44,223 nt of DNA from Pseudomonadota bacterium (GTDB taxonomy: Bacteria; Pseudomonadota; Gammaproteobacteria; JAKAQQ01). This document shows, in pieces, positions 40,133-44,223 of the stretch. The notes under the pieces were generated by a model. It was not told the DNA's origin. It was given only the letters and a program-made list of their open reading frames with translations, and did not search any database. The stretch spans positions 1 to 44,223 of the forward strand of contig DAHVLZ010000032.1 of the NCBI GenBank assembly GCA_027320085.1, given 5' to 3'. A program made the position numbers and the translations under genes. Numbering within the stretch: position 1 is the first letter of the stretch; every line of letters begins with the position of its first letter.

Positions 40133-41125
40133 TTACCGACTGAAGAGTCGGACCAGGACAGCGCCATCCGAAGACCGAAAGTAATAATGATCCTTGGGGT
40201 TCCAACTATTTGCATCACGTTTGCTGCCTTTTCTCAAGTGTTTTTTGGGTACTTTGGCGGCTGCCAAAGTGGACTTCCAAGGGAGCCAAGGGAACTCGGT
40301 AAAATGAGCTGCACCAACGGCAAAACCGCTCCCGAGCGCTGCAGAACAGCCAGCAATTCCATGGCGTTGCCAAAATGCGGTTGCATGACCTTCAAAACCA
40401 TGAATGGCAGCGATTCCCACGGTAACTCCATTAAGCGCTTGCCTGAACTTATTCAAGTTCTTTGTTAGCTTGTTACCGAAACCGTTGCTGCCTCGTTCGA
40501 TTTTGTCACGATACGTACCAATCCATTGAATTTTCCTCTCGCGTGTTCTGTTACCACTGCCGCAGTCTGCAATCCCAAACATGTCATAGCATGCCGACAG
40601 AACCGCTTTCCTGCCGCTTGCAAGCGGCACTATACGGTGGCCATCGACAAAGTCCGTGTCGTAGCAAAGCATGGTGTCAGCCTCACCATCTGTGGGAAAG
40701 ACTTTCCTTCCGATGCCAACGATTCCATCCTTGTCAATCGCGACGCAAAGTTGATCGCCACTGTCCCCATTGCGAAGGTCTCGCCCATCAACACCAACGA
40801 TAATTAGAGCACCGGGCGAGCGAGAAAGCGCCTTGACCGCCTCTTTTATCGGGTCAACGAAGCCAGCGTCGCTCAGTTTTTGGATTCTATCTTTGTAGCA
40901 GAGATGGCCGATGGACTCACCGAGAAAAAGAAAACCACCCGGAAAAACAACCGCATCCAGCTTATCCCACCATTGATTGATCAGGTTGGCGTTCTGCGTG
41001 AGCAGTTTCAAGGATTGCTTGTTGCTGCGTTTTTCCTTTATGGGCCGGCCCCTGACGCAGACCGTTACTAGGCACAGGGACGGCTGGTTGCGTTTATGAA
41101 ACCCCTTTCGGGCAGTAACTACCAT
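40133..41125 (-). CDS. Carbon-nitrogen hydrolase (nitrilase)-fold-like protein
   Basis: DAVVFPGG, GRKVFP and LSACYDMF; AT-richer DNA. Confidence 0.55.
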   Translation of the reverse strand: MVVTARKGFHKRNQPSLCLVTVCVRGRPIKEKRSNKQSLKLLTQNANLINQWWDKLDAVVFPGGFLFLGESIGHLCYKDRIQKLSDAGFVDPIKEAVKALSRSPGALIIVGVDGRDLRNGDSGDQLCVAIDKDGIVGIGRKVFPTDGEADTMLCYDTDFVDGHRIVPLASGRKAVLSACYDMFGIADCGSGNRTRERKIQWIGTYRDKIERGSNGFGNKLTKNLNKFRQALNGVTVGIAAIHGFEGHATAFWQRHGIAGCSAALGSGFAVGAAHFTEFPWLPWKSTLAAAKVPKKHLRKGSKRDANSWNPKDHYYFRSSDGAVLVRLFSR

Positions 41126-41663
41126 TATGAGGTGAATATATCAACAAATAACAAAAACTGCAATCACAATGTCTGGGTCCAGTACCTTTGGCACTCGGGT
41201 TGCTGTCCGGGAAGGAAGGATAGCGGAGATTGTTGTCCTCGGCGCTGGTGGGGGGCTGAGTGGGTATGGGCTCGCCTGTCAGTTTCTGTTTGATCCGCTC
41301 CGGGTCCATGAAGAGCAAGTCGGCGAGATCGTCTACGACGAAGAACTCCTCTGCATTGATAGGGCAGTACTCATCGCTATGAGGAGTACCAAGGACTTTT
41401 GAACTTGTGCATCACATCAAATGTCCAGATCGATAAAATGCGGACCGTGGGTCGTCGTTGAAGAATCGAAACTCCTTTGCTGCTACAAGTTGAAAGGAAG
41501 CGGATTGAGGAGTGTTGCCCGCATGGGGCAAAGCCACGAACAAAGCCAAAACGGGCGGTCAGCAGTCCTGATGTTGTCGGCGATTACCTTATATAAACAT
41601 CGCACCATTCTTGGTATTCTGATTCTCGGCACTCCATCATGGAGAACCATACGGTACTATTAT

Positions 41664-42335
41664 ATGAACATGAGAAAACTCAACAAGAAAGCTGTCCTTA
41701 GCGCTATAGCTGAATATGACCGGATTGGTCAGGACGCCTTTTTGAATAAATATGGGTTCGGTAAAGCACGAACCTATGTTCTAACCTACAAGAGAAAGTT
41801 CTATGACTCGAAAGCTATAGTTGGAGCGGCGTACAGACACCAGTATGGAACAGCGCTAAAACCCTCTGATTTTTCAGGGGGTAAAGCAACAGTGGTGCGG
41901 ATATTACACGATCTGGACTTTAAGGTAGTCGACAGGACCCTGGATAAACAATCCGTGGCATTTCCAGAGGAGAGTTCGGGACAAGTTTGGGAAGGAGCAA
42001 GTCAATTAATTACGGCTACTGCGTATGAGCGAAACCGAAAGGCGCGCGAGGCTTGTATAAAGGAATATGGCAGCGTCTGCAAAATTTGTGGATTCGACTT
42101 TGGTATAGAGTTCGGCCCTGATTTTGAGGGTTTTATTCATGTTCACCATTTGGTGCCGCTTTCTAAAATCACAAAGCAATACAAGGTGAATCCGAAGAAA
42201 GATCTTATCCCTGTGTGTCCAAATTGTCACGCTGCTCTGCACTATGGAGGCAAAGACAGGACGCCTGACCAGGTTCGAAACTTGCGCAACAAGCTACGCG
42301 TAAACAAGAAGGCCATGAACACCCCCAGAGAATAG
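41664..42335 (+). CDS. HNH endonuclease with ScoMcrA-like N-terminal head domain (candidate type IV restriction enzyme)
   Basis: AIAEYDRIG.DAF...YGF..A..Y.L....YDSKAI.G.A and FSGG; C-terminal YERN..AR..C, CKICGFDF, IHVHH.VPL and CPNCHA.LH; start 41664 or 41670. Confidence 0.8.
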   Translation: MNMRKLNKKAVLSAIAEYDRIGQDAFLNKYGFGKARTYVLTYKRKFYDSKAIVGAAYRHQYGTALKPSDFSGGKATVVRILHDLDFKVVDRTLDKQSVAFPEESSGQVWEGASQLITATAYERNRKAREACIKEYGSVCKICGFDFGIEFGPDFEGFIHVHHLVPLSKITKQYKVNPKKDLIPVCPNCHAALHYGGKDRTPDQVRNLRNKLRVNKKAMNTPRE

Positions 42336-42486
42336 GTACGAGGGAGCGGCCCTCGCGGTTTGAGTTCCGCTTCTGGATCCCCGATCTCCAGCCTGCCGAA
42401 GCGGTCTTGATGGCAGGATCCCAATCTTTCGGTGCAACACCGGGCCCGAACAAGACGGAGGGGGTTGCCAGGGGTCAGTGCTAGAG

Positions 42487-42755
42487 TCAGCGGTAGACGT
42501 CCTTGCGGTGTCCGGTCTGGACCACCAGGACGATGAGTGCTGCATCCCGGATTTCGCGCATCAACCAGTCGTGCCGACCCGGTAGCGCCACAGACTCACG
42601 AAGGCCGGCCCCTTGAGGGCCTTGCCCTGGCTGCGCGGATCGGTGAGCGGCGCGATCCGCTCGTCCATGGAATCGATGAGGCGCCGGCTGGCTTGGCGAT
42701 CGAGCTTGCGCAACTGCTTGAGCGCAGTCCCGGTGTAGCTAATCGTCCAGGCCAA
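42487..42755 (-). pseudogene. RelE/StbE toxin, frameshifted near 42573
   Basis: A.KQL.KLD...DPR..GKAL.G....LWRYRVG, then in another frame EI.D..LIVLVV..GHRKDVYR-stop. Confidence 0.8.
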
Positions 42756-42966
42756 GCTCGGCCCTCACCTGCTCGGCTGTGTAGAGCTTCTCCCGCCCGG
42801 AGTGCACCCGCTCGAGGGTCGCGGCGGCAAGATAGGCTTCCTCAAGCTCATCAAGACCGCCCATAATGAGCTCGCGCAGGTAATAGGCCTTGGTCCGCCC
42901 GGTGCGGGCGGCCAGTTGATCGAGCCGCCGCTCGGTCTTCTCGTCCAAGCGAATCGAGGTGGCCAT
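42739..42966 (-). CDS. RHH (RelB/DUF6290-type) antitoxin
   Basis: MATSIRL....E.RL..LA..TGRTKAYYLRE.I..GL..LE..YLA. Confidence 0.88.
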   Translation of the reverse strand: MATSIRLDEKTERRLDQLAARTGRTKAYYLRELIMGGLDELEEAYLAAATLERVHSGREKLYTAEQVRAELGLDD

Positions 42967-43050
42967 GGATCACTCCAAGGAATACGTGCATTCACGTGTA
43001 TCACAAGAGCGCTTGGGTCGATCACCGGCTCGTGGTCCCAGCCAGGGCGC

Positions 43051-43452
43051 TCAAGCATCCGGCGGAGACGATTCCCACCGGTTGGCTCCGTGGGGAAAGT
43101 CCGGCAACTGGGGCGGGACAACGCAGAAGCGCTGCCCGGTCGGCGACTCCATCACCACCCAGTGCCGGATGCGCTGGACCACCTGCGCGCCAAGGCGGAC
43201 GAGGCGGGCCACCTCGGCTTCCCGGTCATCGGTTTCGATGTCGATGTGCACCCGGCTCGGATGCTCGACCCGCTGGACTTCACACCGGATCGAGCCGGGA
43301 GGGGTCTTGAGGGCCCGGTAGCGGGCCGTGTTCCCGCTGTTTTCGAGGTCGATGGGCCGGCCGAGCGCAGCGCTCCAGAAGTTTGCGGCCTCATCCAGGC
43401 TCGGGCCTTCCCCGCAATCGATGATGATCGAACAAAGACGACTGTGGTGCAT
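43051..43452 (-). CDS. VOC/glyoxalase-like protein
   Basis: IIDC.....AA.FWSAALG, SRVH.DIETDD.EAEV.RL..LGA and P.GQRFCVV. Confidence 0.88.
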   Translation of the reverse strand: MHHSRLCSIIIDCGEGPSLDEAANFWSAALGRPIDLENSGNTARYRALKTPPGSIRCEVQRVEHPSRVHIDIETDDREAEVARLVRLGAQVVQRIRHWVVMESPTGQRFCVVPPQLPDFPHGANRWESSPPDA

Positions 43453-43680
43453 CGGGTCTCCGGTCGGGGTGGGGGTCCAGCTTCAACCGGGAAGAGGTCG
43501 CTGTCAAGGGCGGTTTCCCACCGATTCCCCCTTGGGCAGTTTGGGGTGGAGCGGGTGAGTCAGTCTCCGGGAGAGGACCGGCTGAGGGGAGAGGATGTTG
43601 CAGGTGAAGAAGCGCGGGATCTTGCGTCGCTGTTGCATACCTTGGAGCGTCATCGCCCCAAGATGCCTCCGGCCCGGGAT

Positions 43681-44223
43681 CTAGCCTCGGGGAGCCCCGA
43701 TGCGCCTCCGCCGGGTCCAGCCCAGGAGACCCCAAAACCCAAGCAGGATCCCCAGCGCCAGGGGGGATAACCCGCCCCCACCACCGCTCGCTGGGGGCGG
43801 TGCAGTCACGGTCACCGCCACCGTTTCCGTCACCGTATCCCCAAAGGCATCCCTCGCCGTGACCGTCAGATTGGAGGTCCCCGCCTGGCTCCCCGTGACC
43901 AGCTTGAGCGTGCAGCTCAAGTTGGCCTCCGTTGTCCCGCAGGGAGCAGACAGTACCACCCCCGAGGCCGGAAGCACCGCCAGATTGCTGCTGGCCAAAG
44001 TCAGCGTGAAGGGCGCCGTCCCGGTCAGCGCGAAAGACTCCGTCGTGCTCGCCTTCTCGTCCAGGGTCGCGTCCGCCAGCCCGAAAAGCAGCGGGTGGAG
44101 GGTGAAGAGAACCGTTGCCGTGTTGCTCACCGGATCCGTCGGACTGTCGGCGGCTGCACACTCGACAGGCGCCTGGCCCTGCCAGGTGAAGACATCCGGT
44201 CCGCTGTAGGTGGCCGAGGAAGG
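43681..44223 (-). CDS. C-terminal part of a surface protein with Ig/cadherin-like domains and GlyGly-CTERM, partial
   Basis: Frame open to the window end: YSGPDVFT...SNTATV, Thr/Val-rich beta domain, PPPASGGGGGLSPLALGILLGFWGLLGWTRRRR. Confidence 0.8.
   Translation of the reverse strand, partial: PSSATYSGPDVFTWQGQAPVECAAADSPTDPVSNTATVLFTLHPLLFGLADATLDEKASTTESFALTGTAPFTLTLASSNLAVLPASGVVLSAPCGTTEANLSCTLKLVTGSQAGTSNLTVTARDAFGDTVTETVAVTVTAPPPASGGGGGLSPLALGILLGFWGLLGWTRRRRIGAPRG
43703..43755. repeat. Inverted repeat copy 2 (partner 1-53)
   Basis: Exact reverse complement of nt 1-53. Confidence 0.9.

Noticed and set aside
41130-41560. Decayed minus-strand gene upstream of the nitrilase-like gene
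   Set aside because: A protein-like frame with an internal TGA is visible, but I cannot assign a family, so it is not called
41421-41663. 81-aa N-terminal extension of the HNH nuclease
   Set aside because: Domain similarity begins at about 41664; the upstream DNA looks like intergenic or decayed minus-strand sequence
42340-42445. IS256-like fragment (IKT-FGRLEI) downstream of the HNH gene
   Set aside because: Too short and degenerate to support
2500-43000. Integron cassette array as the explanation for the many TA modules
   Set aside because: No intI, no recurring attC-like RYYYAAC...GTTRRRY elements recognised, and gene orientations are mixed
1-44223. CRISPR array, rRNA or tRNA genes
   Set aside because: No regularly spaced repeats, rRNA-like blocks or cloverleaf signatures were seen by eye; tRNAscan/Infernal would be needed to exclude small RNAs

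Overview
High-GC bacterial chromosomal window, probably from a Gammaproteobacterium (GlyGly-CTERM proteins, enteric-type trpCF fusion; taxonomy is inference). A housekeeping backbone (ParA-like ATPase, aldehyde dehydrogenase, Ada/AlkA, orphan Rieske protein, GST, a complete attenuated DAHP synthase-trpE-G-D-CF-B-A operon, two glycosyltransferases) is interrupted by several accessory patches. These patches hold about ten toxin-antitoxin-type modules, many with the toxin disabled, plus remnants of IS630, IS3, IS701 and plasmid mob genes, and AT-richer cargo genes. The best candidate for an undescribed system is an intact, tightly packed four-gene operon at 20490-22792: small HNH nuclease, stand-alone GIY-YIG nuclease, XRE-HTH/ImmA-IrrE metallopeptidase and PIN-domain protein, behind a near-consensus sigma70 promoter with an overlapping palindromic operator. 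Other candidates are a three-gene X/HicB-like/HicA-like module bracketed by IS630 remnants, a ScoMcrA-head-HNH nuclease divergent from a nitrilase-fold protein lacking its catalytic Glu, and identical inverted GlyGly-CTERM tails at the two window ends. No CRISPR array, rRNA or tRNA was recognised. All family calls come from motif recognition by eye, not database searches.
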